Virus record (IMG/VR): IMGVR_UViG_3300021400_001413
Location: 15,327-79,326 of that record
From: a virus
Taxonomy: Duplodnaviria > Caudoviricetes
Length of the DNA: 64,000 nucleotides
Reading direction: 5' to 3' (one strand)
Position 1 is the stretch's first letter. Each line of letters begins with the position of its first letter. Shown here piece by piece: positions 17,880 through 27,519 of this stretch. Position numbers and translations under genes: made by a program. Below the pieces are notes generated by a model. It did not search any database, was not told the DNA's origin, and saw nothing but the letters and a program-made list of their open reading frames with translations.

Positions 17880-18116
17880 ATGGGCAGAGATTCTTATGAC
17901 GATGAGCCAGTTTATTACTGCAAAAGATGTCTATCACTAAAGGTACGTCAAATGCCAATGGTTGAAGACCAATGTTACTGTGAAGATTGTGGCACAGTAG
18001 ATATAGGAGTTGCAAGTTTTGAAGAATGGGATGATCTGTATGTAGAGAGGTATGGACATCATTTCTGTGAAAAAGAAGAGAAGAAAGAAGAAAGAAAGTG
18101 GCCTTACTGGTGCTGA
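17880..18116 (+). CDS. small zinc-finger protein
   Basis: YYCKRCL...YCEDCGT; start moved to ATG 17880, after the TATATTTG promoter at 17830-17837. Confidence 0.7.
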   Translation: MGRDSYDDEPVYYCKRCLSLKVRQMPMVEDQCYCEDCGTVDIGVASFEEWDDLYVERYGHHFCEKEEKKEERKWPYWC

Positions 18117-18151
18117 AAGATTTATTGTGAAACTATAATATTTATGGAATT

Positions 18152-18478
18152 ATGGCAAAAGAGAAGAAAACAATTGAGATTAAAGCTACACAGGATGGTA
18201 ATGTGGAGAATCCTGGTCAGAAAGAAAAGCTGAGTTATGAGCAGCTTGAGCAGATTGCTGGTAATCTTAATCAGCAGTGTAGGCAGATGCAGCAGATTAT
18301 TAATAATCAGCAGCAGGCTATTGCTGAATTCAATGAGATTGGTATGCTTCTAGATGTACTTGGTAAGAGTGAACACTTTAGTGAGAAATTTGTTACTCGT
18401 TGCTCAAACAAGATTGAGGAACTGATTACCAAGGCTATGGATGCTTCAGAGAAGCAAGAAGTAGAGTCAAACAATTAA
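18152..18478 (+). CDS. coiled-coil hypothetical protein
   Basis: 108 aa, Q-rich heptads. Confidence 0.65.
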   Translation: MAKEKKTIEIKATQDGNVENPGQKEKLSYEQLEQIAGNLNQQCRQMQQIINNQQQAIAEFNEIGMLLDVLGKSEHFSEKFVTRCSNKIEELITKAMDASEKQEVESNN

Positions 18479-18488
18479 ATCCTGCATT

Positions 18489-18920
18489 ATGGAGAGTATA
18501 ACCAATCTCATTCAAATCAAATCAAATCCCAAACTGAAGATGTCTCCAGACGGAGATTTCTTCAGATATTGGGTGGAATTCCTGAGACCTCTTCATGAAC
18601 TTACAAAAAGGGAAATGGATGTACTGGCAGAGTTTTTAAAGGCTAGATATAACCTTAGCAAGGAAATCATTAATGGGGATAGGCTTGACAGGGTATTAAT
18701 GTCTGAAGAAACAAAGCGTGAAATCAGAAAAACCTGTGGCATTAGTACAAAGCACTTCCAAGTAATCATGACTAAGTTCAGAAAGAATGGAGTAATCAAA
18801 GATGGCAGGATATGTTTGAATCTGATTCCAACTATCACGGATGAAGGTGTAGGACTTATGGTACATTTTAGCTTTAAGGATGAACAACTCGTTAAACTTG
18901 GCTCTCAAAAAAACAGCTAG
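18489..18920 (+). CDS. putative winged-helix DNA-binding protein
   Basis: LTKREMDVLA...ISTKHFQVIMTKFRKNGVI pattern. Confidence 0.45.
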   Translation: MESITNLIQIKSNPKLKMSPDGDFFRYWVEFLRPLHELTKREMDVLAEFLKARYNLSKEIINGDRLDRVLMSEETKREIRKTCGISTKHFQVIMTKFRKNGVIKDGRICLNLIPTITDEGVGLMVHFSFKDEQLVKLGSQKNS

Positions 18921-19185
18921 AAAGCTTTGTGTTGATATCAAGCTAGTTGAAAATGTCTATAAGAGTTACTGGTGTTTCATAAAAGAACATATAGCCAGTC
19001 TGCCTCTTAGAGAAATGACTGAAGAAGAGTTTAATGATACTGTAAGTAACTTTAATCTTCCTTATATTGGGAAGCTCTACGTAGATTATGACAAAATAGA
19101 AAGATACAAAAGACAATTAAAATTTTACCAAGATGTTAAAAGTAAAGGAAATAAAACCAATAGGTTGTCAAATATTAGTGACTGA
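18880..19185 (+). CDS. HU/IHF-like DNA-binding protein
   Basis: Two N-terminal helices followed by an FNLPYIGKLYV strand; basic. Confidence 0.55.
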   Translation: MNNSLNLALKKTARKLCVDIKLVENVYKSYWCFIKEHIASLPLREMTEEEFNDTVSNFNLPYIGKLYVDYDKIERYKRQLKFYQDVKSKGNKTNRLSNISD

Positions 19186-19591
19186 AAATCTCTATGGGTG
19201 GGATGACTTTGATGAAGCAGGTCTGATTATTCATAAGCGTGGTGACCTTAAGACCTATCAGGAAGTTATTGTTGTGGGAGATGACGTAAAGATGGTTAAA
19301 CCAGGGGATGTTGTTGAAATTAATTTATACAAGTATTGCTCTTTTGAGGATGACCCAACCTCTATTAAAGTCAATGGCACAAATAAGATTGTGAACATTC
19401 ATCTTAATGAGGTGGAGATGGTAGGTACTGATGATGAGCCAGTTACTTGTTTCCTTATTGACCAGAGAGATGTTAAGTACATTCTTAAAGATTTTGAAGA
19501 AGTTACTTATGAACAGAATAAGCATAAGCTGATTCAGGTCAAGCAGCCTAAGACAAAACTGATTCTTCCAGATAATAAGATTAAGGTATAA
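19133..19591 (+). CDS. groES: GroES-like co-chaperonin
   Basis: IKPIGCQILV start and EVIVVGDDVKMVKPGDVV motif. Confidence 0.65.
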   Translation: MLKVKEIKPIGCQILVTENLYGWDDFDEAGLIIHKRGDLKTYQEVIVVGDDVKMVKPGDVVEINLYKYCSFEDDPTSIKVNGTNKIVNIHLNEVEMVGTDDEPVTCFLIDQRDVKYILKDFEEVTYEQNKHKLIQVKQPKTKLILPDNKIKV

Positions 19592-20121
19592 TGAAGCTGT
19601 TTAAATATGAAGGTTATGAAGTAAAGGTAGCTCCAGAGGCACTGACTCTGAAGCCTTTTAAGAAACTTTGGAGCAGAGATAAATCCAAAGATAAGGAAAA
19701 GGCCATGATGGAGTTTGGATTTTTATACTTCTACTGTGATCCGAGGTCTGACTATCAGTATATCATTGATGAGGAAGACAGGCTGAATGCAGTAAAGAAT
19801 GGTCAGGGATTTCCTGAAGATTGGAAACCAGATGCCACTTTGAAGGCAGCAATGGAGTTCTATTCTACTTTTGATACCTCTTCTGCTATGCTACTAAGGG
19901 CAGCTATGAAGGCGGTGAAAAAAGTACAAGATACTTTAGACGAATTAAATCCTGACGACACCAAGAGTCTAAAAGAGTACCTTACAGCATTAAAGATGAT
20001 ACCAGAAGTAGCATCAATGATACAGGATGCAGAAAAAGCACTTAATGAAGAGATGGAATATGGTGAAGCAAAAGGTTCGATTGAAAAGACCCTGTTTGAT
20101 GACGGGCTAGATAACATCTGA
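19591..20121 (+). CDS. conserved hypothetical protein (terminase small subunit candidate)
   Basis: 176 aa, helical, upstream of lysis genes and TerL; assignment positional only. Confidence 0.35.
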   Translation: MKLFKYEGYEVKVAPEALTLKPFKKLWSRDKSKDKEKAMMEFGFLYFYCDPRSDYQYIIDEEDRLNAVKNGQGFPEDWKPDATLKAAMEFYSTFDTSSAMLLRAAMKAVKKVQDTLDELNPDDTKSLKEYLTALKMIPEVASMIQDAEKALNEEMEYGEAKGSIEKTLFDDGLDNI

Positions 20122-20235
20122 AAATATATTAAAAGATTTAAGAAAAGTGTGTTTGTGTGCTATAAAATGAGTAACTTTGCAGAGGGATTGGGGAAACTCA
20201 GTTCCTCTTTTCTACTCATTAAAACATTAAGCATT

Positions 20236-20541
20236 ATGGACACTCAACAAGTTATTAATCTCATCAAGGACAGTTTTGAAAGCTGGTACAACAAAGTATT
20301 TACTAAAGCATCTATTGTTATTAACTACAACGATGTACAAACTCTTTCTATTAAAGCATACCATACTATTTCTATGGAAGTAGAAGCCATTAGTATTATA
20401 GAGGGAAAGGCACATAGAAAAAGCCTAATTTCTTTAACAGAAAATTATAATCATGGGGTTACTAGTGAAGACGAGGCTAAATTAGGATTGACAAAGAAAA
20501 TGCTAAAAGAGATGTTTAGTTATCAAGCACGTATTCTATAA
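20236..20541 (+). CDS. hypothetical protein
   Basis: Probable start ATG 20236, after TAACTTTG at 20172-20179. Confidence 0.5.
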   Translation: MDTQQVINLIKDSFESWYNKVFTKASIVINYNDVQTLSIKAYHTISMEVEAISIIEGKAHRKSLISLTENYNHGVTSEDEAKLGLTKKMLKEMFSYQARIL

Positions 20542-20694
20542 TAGAATACAAGTATTTATCAGTGAATTAAATTTAAGAGCAGGTTTTGTTAACTTGCTCT
20601 TTTTTCGTATAGGTATAAGTGAAAAATTAACTCACTTGTAGAGACTTTTATTTCTATCTATTTTTGCATTGAAAATGGTTAAATAGATAGTAAA

Positions 20695-21207
20695 ATGGAA
20701 AAATATTTTGAGTGGATGACATGTGTCATTGGAGGAATTATAGGATGGTTCATAGGTACATTCCAGCCAGCCTTTCCCCTTATTTATGTGGCAGTAGCCT
20801 TCATAGTATATGATTCTTGGACAGCTTATGAGCTGGACAAGAGAGTTAAAAGGCGGTATCCCGATAAAAAGAAGCTACCTGCTGCCTATGTTAGCTACAA
20901 AGCTTGGGGTATGGTTCCTACTATGATTGAAAGCTTCTCTATTATTCTTCTGATGTACTCTGCTCAGAAATGGATATTTGTAGATGTCTATGTACCTTTG
21001 AGTTACATTGCTACAGGTGTTATCTGTGGTGTACAGTTACTGAGTATTGCTGAGAATAAATCTTCTTGTAGGACTCCTCAGGATAAAGGATGGAACTACT
21101 GGAAGATCATGGCTAAGGTTCTTATTGATAAGACGGAAAGACATTTTGATGTCAATCTATCTGATTTGAAGGAGGATTTTGATAAGGAGACTAATACAGA
21201 AGATTAA
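20695..21207 (+). CDS. holin
   Basis: Several TM segments, LSIAEN motif, charged C-terminal tail; stop overlaps the endolysin start. Confidence 0.7.
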   Translation: MEKYFEWMTCVIGGIIGWFIGTFQPAFPLIYVAVAFIVYDSWTAYELDKRVKRRYPDKKKLPAAYVSYKAWGMVPTMIESFSIILLMYSAQKWIFVDVYVPLSYIATGVICGVQLLSIAENKSSCRTPQDKGWNYWKIMAKVLIDKTERHFDVNLSDLKEDFDKETNTED

Positions 21208-21845
21208 TGGAGTTATATAAAAGAGGATCTAGAGGAGAAATAGTTAAGCAGATACAGATAGCACTACATCTGTATCCTGATGGTATATTTGGCATCTTAA
21301 CAGAAGAAGCTGTTAAGGAATTCCAAAAAACTAATGGCTTAATAGTAGATGGCATTGTTGGGCCTGCTACTATAGCTTATCTTATACCTCTGAGGCTGAA
21401 GAAAAGCAAAAGAACTATTGATGAGATAATCATTCATTGCTCTGCAACTCCAGAAGGCAAGGATTATACAGTAGAGGATATCAGAAGAGACCATAAAAAA
21501 CAAGGTTGGAGTGATATTGGCTACCATTATGTTATCTATAGAGATGGTTCTATTCATGAAGGAAGAGATGTAGATTTAGTAGGTGCTCATTGTTCTAAGA
21601 ATGGGCATAATCAACACTCTATAGGAATATGTTATATTGGAGGAGTTGAGAACAAGCCAAATACGCCTTATGCTTTACTGAAAGCTAAGGATACTAGAAC
21701 AGATGCTCAGAAAGGAGCCTTAATATGCTTATTGTACGATTTAAAGAAGCTCTATCCAAAAGCTCAGATATGGGGACATAGAGATTTTGATTCTGGTAAG
21801 GAATGCCCATCATTTGATGCAAGAAATGAATATAGGAGATTTTAA
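21207..21845 (+). CDS. endolysin: peptidoglycan-binding domain plus T7-type N-acetylmuramoyl-L-alanine amidase
   Basis: DGIFG/DGIVGP PG-binding repeats; IIIHCSAT, DIGYHYVI, GHRDF and KECPSFD. Confidence 0.92.
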   Translation: MELYKRGSRGEIVKQIQIALHLYPDGIFGILTEEAVKEFQKTNGLIVDGIVGPATIAYLIPLRLKKSKRTIDEIIIHCSATPEGKDYTVEDIRRDHKKQGWSDIGYHYVIYRDGSIHEGRDVDLVGAHCSKNGHNQHSIGICYIGGVENKPNTPYALLKAKDTRTDAQKGALICLLYDLKKLYPKAQIWGHRDFDSGKECPSFDARNEYRRF

Positions 21846-21906
21846 TATGGGAAAAGGAGAAGAGTATTATTACAGTCAAGTGTATAACAGGAAAGCAGAA
21901 AAAAGT

Positions 21907-22335
21907 ATGAAATCCTGCTTTTTATGTCTTGTAGGAATCATAATAGCTGTTTTACTTTCATTTATATTTTCTGGATGCAGAAGCATTCAGTATGTACCAG
22001 TAGAGAAAGTAGTTACTGAATACAAGACAAATACTGTACATGACAGTGTTTACCTTCAGGTTCTTAAGCATGATAGTGTAGTTATTGAGAAGTCAGGAGA
22101 TACAGTATATGTAAATAAGTGGCATACTCTGTACAAAGATAAATGGAAAGAAATAATCAAAACAGATACTATTATTAAAACAGACTCTATCCAAGTACCT
22201 TACCCGGTAGAGAGAAAACTTACTAAATGGGAACAGACTAAGATGGATGCTGGAGGTATTGCCATTGGGGTTTGTATAGCTACTGTATTAATGGTAATTG
22301 TTGGCTTTATAGTTAAAGCATATAAGAAGACTTGA
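21907..22335 (+). CDS. spanin-like lipoprotein (unimolecular spanin architecture)
   Basis: Signal peptide MKSCFLCLVGIIIAVLLSFIFSG-C plus a C-terminal TM helix (GGIAIGVCIATVLMVIVGFIV); follows the endolysin. Confidence 0.55.
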   Translation: MKSCFLCLVGIIIAVLLSFIFSGCRSIQYVPVEKVVTEYKTNTVHDSVYLQVLKHDSVVIEKSGDTVYVNKWHTLYKDKWKEIIKTDTIIKTDSIQVPYPVERKLTKWEQTKMDAGGIAIGVCIATVLMVIVGFIVKAYKKT

Positions 22336-22382
22336 ATTTGTTGTACGTTGATAATAAATCGTTGAATTGTTAATTAGTGATT

Positions 22383-22416
22383 ATCCCTCTTGTCTGGGAA
22401 GATAGGAGGGATTTTT
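22383..22416 (+). terminator. intrinsic terminator after the lysis cassette
   Basis: ATCCCTC...GAGGGAT followed by TTTT. Confidence 0.65.
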
Positions 22417-22430
22417 AAAGTGGAGAGATT

Positions 22431-24755
22431 ATGGAAGAGGAGAGTAAAATATTATTTGATAACAGTCAGTTAAATGAATTTCAGACCCCAATAACTAAGG
22501 AGTTATTGGAACAATACCCCCAAGAAGTGCAAGAACAATTTTGGGAGTTTATTCTTTCTGTACCTTTTATTAAGAATTTGATTTCAGTTAACAGGCAGAG
22601 AGCAAAAGACAGACCTAGGGATGAAAAAGGTAGGATTATAGTAGATCTTGCCAATCCGCATATCTTAGAAGATATGGATTACTTTAGGCAGGCAGCTATT
22701 AAGTTTGAGAGAGACGGCAGATACACTGATTTGAAACCCAACAGCAATCCTAATTCTCCTTATGGTAAATGGATAAGGAGAGAGATAAAAAGATGTTGGG
22801 AAGGAATGGTAAGACCCTCTGACGGGGAATGGGTAACAGGATATATGTATTTTTATCTGAATTATGTACCAATGATGGTAACTAAGGCAGATAAAGATAC
22901 CAAAAAGAAAAGAGCTTCAAGAACAGAAGGATTTCCTGAAATGTGGGAAGCAACTTATTGGAGATTCCACTATATTGACCAAGCAAGAAATGGAGGAATG
23001 TATAATGATTTTGCTGGTGGTAATCATGCAGTAGAATTAAGTAAGCGTGGCTCTGGTAAGTCATTTTGTCTTGCAGCAATCATGGCTCATAACCTGATTC
23101 TTGGAGAAAATGCAGAAGCACATAAAAGAACAACCACTATCCTGACTGCATACTTAAGAGAATACCTTGCTGAGAAAGATGGTACTTTTTCTAAATTTGT
23201 TCCTATTAAATCTTTCTTGGCTGAACATACTCAATTTCCAAGAAGAATGCTGACTGACTCTCCAAACAAGATGTCTTGGAGGTCAGGTTATAAAGATAGG
23301 CTTACTGGTGCAGAAACAGGAGACCAGAATATTCTACTTGGTCTTTCATCAAAGGATGACGTAGCAAAGATTCGAGGTAAGCGTGGTTATATATTATTTG
23401 AGGAGTTTGGTTCATTCCCTAACCTTATTGAGATATATAATAATGTAAAGGATGGTATGCGTGAGGGTAAATATGTCTATGGACTTGCTTATCTGTTAGG
23501 TACAGCTGGTGATAAAGACTCAGACTTTCACGGTGCTCAGGAGTTGATATATAATCCTAAAGGATATGATGTATATGCTATTCCAAACGTATGGGATAAA
23601 CCCAATCAGGGAAGACCTTGGTTTGCCTTCTTCACTCCAGCATTTGTAAACCTGAAAGGGTACTTCAACAAGGATGGTGTAAGTGATATAGTAGGGGCAA
23701 TGCTCTATAAACTGATGGATAGATATAAGGCTAAATATGAGACTGGAGATCCAAGAACCATCATTAAAGAAGTCAGCAATATGCCTTTTACTCCCTCGGA
23801 AGCTATCATTCAGGGAGGAATCAGCCAATTCCCAGTAGTAGACCTTGAGAACAGGATACTTGAAATAAATTCTAATCCTAATTTCTATGATGATACTTTA
23901 GTAGGCCAGTTGGTTATTACAGATAATAAAGTAGAATTTGTACCTACTTCAGATACTCCTATCAGATTCTATCAACAGAAGGATAACAAGAATATGCCAG
24001 GAGCCATAGAAATATTTGAGAAACCTCAGGTAGATTCTAATGGTGAAGTATATGCTAATAGATATATTGCAGGTGCAGACCCCTATGATAACGATGAGTC
24101 AACTACGACTTCTTTAGGCTCAATTCTTATTCTTGATTTGATGACTGATAGGATTGTAGCAGAGTACACTGGAAGACCTCCTATGGCAGATGATTATTTT
24201 GAGATATGTAGAAGACTTTGTCTTTATTATAATGCAAGGTTAAATTATGAGAACAATAAAAAAGGACTCTTTGGTCATTTCTCTAAAATGAATTCTACAT
24301 ATCTGTTAACAGATGTTCTTGAGATTCTTGTAGATAAACAAATGATGAAACCTGGGGGTGTAGGTAATACCGCTAAAGGAACCAATGCCTCTAATTCTAT
24401 AAATGGTTGGGGAAGACAACTTATTGCAAAATATCTTCTTACCCCACAGACAATAATTGTAGCTCCGGAGGGAGAAGAAAAGGAAATAAAGAAACGTAAT
24501 CTTGATTTTATCAAAAATAAGGCTCTTCTAATAGAATTGTCACAGTGGAATCCATTTGGTAACTTTGACCGAGTATCTGCTATGGGTATGTTGATGCTTC
24601 TTAGAGAGGATAAGCTCAGGTTAATGGGAGGAAGTTATAATGGTAGAGAAGATGATATATCAGATCCAGATGACATCGCAAATGATAGTTATTGGGAGGA
24701 TAATTTTCATGATACAGACAAGGATTCTTGGGAAGAGTTAATGTATAAGGAATAA
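22431..24755 (+). CDS. terL: terminase large subunit
   Basis: Walker A SKRGSGKS, Walker B ILFEEFG, nuclease GADPYD; uninterrupted. Confidence 0.92.
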   Translation: MEEESKILFDNSQLNEFQTPITKELLEQYPQEVQEQFWEFILSVPFIKNLISVNRQRAKDRPRDEKGRIIVDLANPHILEDMDYFRQAAIKFERDGRYTDLKPNSNPNSPYGKWIRREIKRCWEGMVRPSDGEWVTGYMYFYLNYVPMMVTKADKDTKKKRASRTEGFPEMWEATYWRFHYIDQARNGGMYNDFAGGNHAVELSKRGSGKSFCLAAIMAHNLILGENAEAHKRTTTILTAYLREYLAEKDGTFSKFVPIKSFLAEHTQFPRRMLTDSPNKMSWRSGYKDRLTGAETGDQNILLGLSSKDDVAKIRGKRGYILFEEFGSFPNLIEIYNNVKDGMREGKYVYGLAYLLGTAGDKDSDFHGAQELIYNPKGYDVYAIPNVWDKPNQGRPWFAFFTPAFVNLKGYFNKDGVSDIVGAMLYKLMDRYKAKYETGDPRTIIKEVSNMPFTPSEAIIQGGISQFPVVDLENRILEINSNPNFYDDTLVGQLVITDNKVEFVPTSDTPIRFYQQKDNKNMPGAIEIFEKPQVDSNGEVYANRYIAGADPYDNDESTTTSLGSILILDLMTDRIVAEYTGRPPMADDYFEICRRLCLYYNARLNYENNKKGLFGHFSKMNSTYLLTDVLEILVDKQMMKPGGVGNTAKGTNASNSINGWGRQLIAKYLLTPQTIIVAPEGEEKEIKKRNLDFIKNKALLIELSQWNPFGNFDRVSAMGMLMLLREDKLRLMGGSYNGREDDISDPDDIANDSYWEDNFHDTDKDSWEELMYKE

Positions 24756-24787
24756 ATAGGATGATGGTATAATAAAAAAGTAACTAG

Positions 24788-24819
24788 TTTGTAAACGTAG
24801 GTTTATCTACTTACTTTTG
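24788..24819 (+). promoter_or_regulatory. consensus Bacteroidota promoter for the portal gene
   Basis: TTTG 24788-24791, 20 nt spacer, TACTTTTG 24812-24819. Confidence 0.75.
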
Positions 24820-24836
24820 CAGAAAATATATTGAAT

Positions 24837-27257
24837 ATGAGTGTAGCATTATTTACTGGATTTCCAAGACAGATGCTTTCTTACAAGCAGAAAGGTTCCA
24901 AGTGGGGCAAGCAATGTGTTGACTTTGCTGACAACAAGGGAACTTTTATGCATGTGTCTGCTGTGCAGAAATCAGTACTTCACAAGAAAATCAACTATGA
25001 TCTTGTGAATATGAAAATCCATAAGGATGATATTGCTTATGTCCTCAATCCAAATAATCTGAAGGCAAGCTTTATCCCTGATTCTATTCAGCACTATCCA
25101 ACTCTTAATGCCTATATGGAACTGTTAAGAGGAGAAGCTCTTGACAGACCTTTTGAATGGACAGCAGTAGTAACAAACCCAAATGCTATCAGTGATATTG
25201 AGAATCAGAAAAGGAATGCTGTTTTTCAGAGTCTGCAAAGTTTGATTCAAAGTCAGTCTGTTTCTGAGGAAGATTTTCAAAAGAGACTCCAGGAACAGAG
25301 TGATTACTTTACTTATCAGTATCAGGATATGCGTGAAGTAAGGGCCAACAGACTGATGAATCACTATAATATGCAGTATGATTTCCGTAATATCTTTGAT
25401 AGTGAAGGAATCATGGATGCTTTAACTTCTAATGAGGAATACTATGCTGTGGACATTCTTGGAGGAGAACCTTTCATTGAAAGAATAGACCCTCTGGAGC
25501 TGCGTATTTATAGGTCTGGTAATTCAAATAGAGCAGAAGATGCTGATATGATTATATGGGAAACATATAGAAATATTGGCTGGGTTAAGGATAATTACCA
25601 CGATGTTCTAACTAAGAAGGATTGGGAATATCTTAACAAACTGGAATCAGGAAGCATTGAGGACACAAATGAAGATCCTCTGTGGGATGATAAAAATGCC
25701 TGGATGGATCCTGAATTTGGAAATGAAATGGTCAATAATCCACATTTCTTCTCAGCAATGTTGGGAGAATATGGATATGTCTCAGGAGCACTGCCTTTTG
25801 ATGGAGAAGGTAATGTAAGAGTCCTTCGTGTATACTGGAAATCAAGCAGGAAAATTAAGAAAGTCAAAAGTTATAATCCTACAACAGGAGAAGAGGAATT
25901 CCATTTCTATACAGAAGATTATGTTCCTAATAAAGTATTGGGAGAAGAAGAAGAAATATTCTGGGTAAATGAAGCTTGGGAAGGAACAAAGATCGGTACT
26001 GATATTTATGTAAACATCAGACCAAGACCTATTCAATACAACTCTATGAGTAATCCATCAAGGTGCCATTTTGGTATTATTGGACAGATATATAATATAG
26101 GTAAGCATTCTAGCCCATCTATGGTAGATATTCTGAAGCCTTATGTTTATCTGTTTGATGCTACAATGGACAAACTTTACAAGCTACTTGAGTCAAATCT
26201 TGGCAAGCTTGTAGAGATGGATTTTGCTTTTAGTCCTGATTCCTGGAAAATGGAAAAGGTTCTTCACTTTGCCAAGGTTAATCACCTGTGGGTAAAGAAC
26301 TCTTTTAACGAAGGTAAAAAAGGAGCTGCAACAGGAAAGATTGCAGGAGCTATGAATGCCAATACTACTGGTGTTATTGATGCCTCAGTAAATACTGAGA
26401 TTCAATTCAATATTCAGTTATTGGATTGGCTTGATACTCAGATGGGCAAAGCTTGTGGTATTACTCCTCAGAGACTTGGTCAGGTATCTAATAGAGAAAC
26501 AGTTGGTGGTGTGGAAAGAGCTACACTACAAAGTTCTCATATTACAGAGTCTATCTTTGCAAGACATGATAACCTGAAGAAGAGAGTATTGGAAGCATTT
26601 ATTGAAACAGCCAAGATTGCTATTAAAGGAAGAAAGAAGAAGTTTGAGTATATTCTTTCTGATGGAGCAAGGGCTTTAGAGACAATTGATGGTGATGAGT
26701 TTGCAGAGTGTGACTATGGAATTGTAGTTGATAGCTCTCAAGGTACTCGTCTTCTTATGCAGAAGCTTGACACTTTAGCTCAGGCAGGTATTCAGAATCA
26801 GATGTTCAATTTCTCTACACTGATGAAACTGTATTCTACAGACTCTATCTCTGAGAAGGTGAGAATGATGGAAGCAGCAGAAAGACGTGCTGAGGAATTG
26901 CAACAGCAACAACAACAGATTCAGCAGCAAATGCAGCAAGAGCAACTGGAGGCTGAAGCACAACAGAAGCAGCTTGAGATGGAGCAGAAGGAAATCCAGA
27001 ATCAGCGTGATAATGAAACCAAGATTCTTGTTGCTCAGATTCAAGCACAAGCTAATATTGATTCTTCTGTTGCAAGAGCATCCGGATTTACAGAAAACCC
27101 GCAAACTCCTATTTCAGAGAAAGATCGCTTACAGCTTCAGCAACAGATTCAAGAAAGCAAGGAGAAGAATCAGCTGGAAAGAGAAAAGTTGCAGCTTGAG
27201 AGGGAGAAGATAAAAAGCCAGGAAAGAATAGCAAAGAGTAATAATGGTGGAAACTAA
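24837..27257 (+). CDS. portal protein
   Basis: About 806 aa after TerL with a Q-rich coiled-coil barrel at the C-terminus; crAss-like size and position. Confidence 0.85.
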   Translation: MSVALFTGFPRQMLSYKQKGSKWGKQCVDFADNKGTFMHVSAVQKSVLHKKINYDLVNMKIHKDDIAYVLNPNNLKASFIPDSIQHYPTLNAYMELLRGEALDRPFEWTAVVTNPNAISDIENQKRNAVFQSLQSLIQSQSVSEEDFQKRLQEQSDYFTYQYQDMREVRANRLMNHYNMQYDFRNIFDSEGIMDALTSNEEYYAVDILGGEPFIERIDPLELRIYRSGNSNRAEDADMIIWETYRNIGWVKDNYHDVLTKKDWEYLNKLESGSIEDTNEDPLWDDKNAWMDPEFGNEMVNNPHFFSAMLGEYGYVSGALPFDGEGNVRVLRVYWKSSRKIKKVKSYNPTTGEEEFHFYTEDYVPNKVLGEEEEIFWVNEAWEGTKIGTDIYVNIRPRPIQYNSMSNPSRCHFGIIGQIYNIGKHSSPSMVDILKPYVYLFDATMDKLYKLLESNLGKLVEMDFAFSPDSWKMEKVLHFAKVNHLWVKNSFNEGKKGAATGKIAGAMNANTTGVIDASVNTEIQFNIQLLDWLDTQMGKACGITPQRLGQVSNRETVGGVERATLQSSHITESIFARHDNLKKRVLEAFIETAKIAIKGRKKKFEYILSDGARALETIDGDEFAECDYGIVVDSSQGTRLLMQKLDTLAQAGIQNQMFNFSTLMKLYSTDSISEKVRMMEAAERRAEELQQQQQQIQQQMQQEQLEAEAQQKQLEMEQKEIQNQRDNETKILVAQIQAQANIDSSVARASGFTENPQTPISEKDRLQLQQQIQESKEKNQLEREKLQLEREKIKSQERIAKSNNGGN

Positions 27258-27385
27258 AAACCAATAATTTGCAAAAATATATTTATTCAGAAAGAGAACA
27301 GCGGTTTTCAGATATATTGATAAGGGATTGTTCGTTTTTTAGGTTAGTATTAGTATTTATAGTTTTAGGTTTTTAGTTATTCGGA

Positions 27386-27416
27386 AATAAGCTGTCTGAG
27401 AAGATAGCTTATTTTT
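27386..27416 (+). terminator. intrinsic terminator
   Basis: AATAAGCTGTCT-GAGA-AGATAGCTTATT followed by TTT. Confidence 0.7.
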
Positions 27417-27519
27417 GTTTTATTTGTGCCGATATAAGTAGAATATTTACTGGCTTGTAACACCAATTCTTTATCAATACTTTTGCAATAGAATTTTAAC
27501 TAAATATTGTGGAAAAAAT

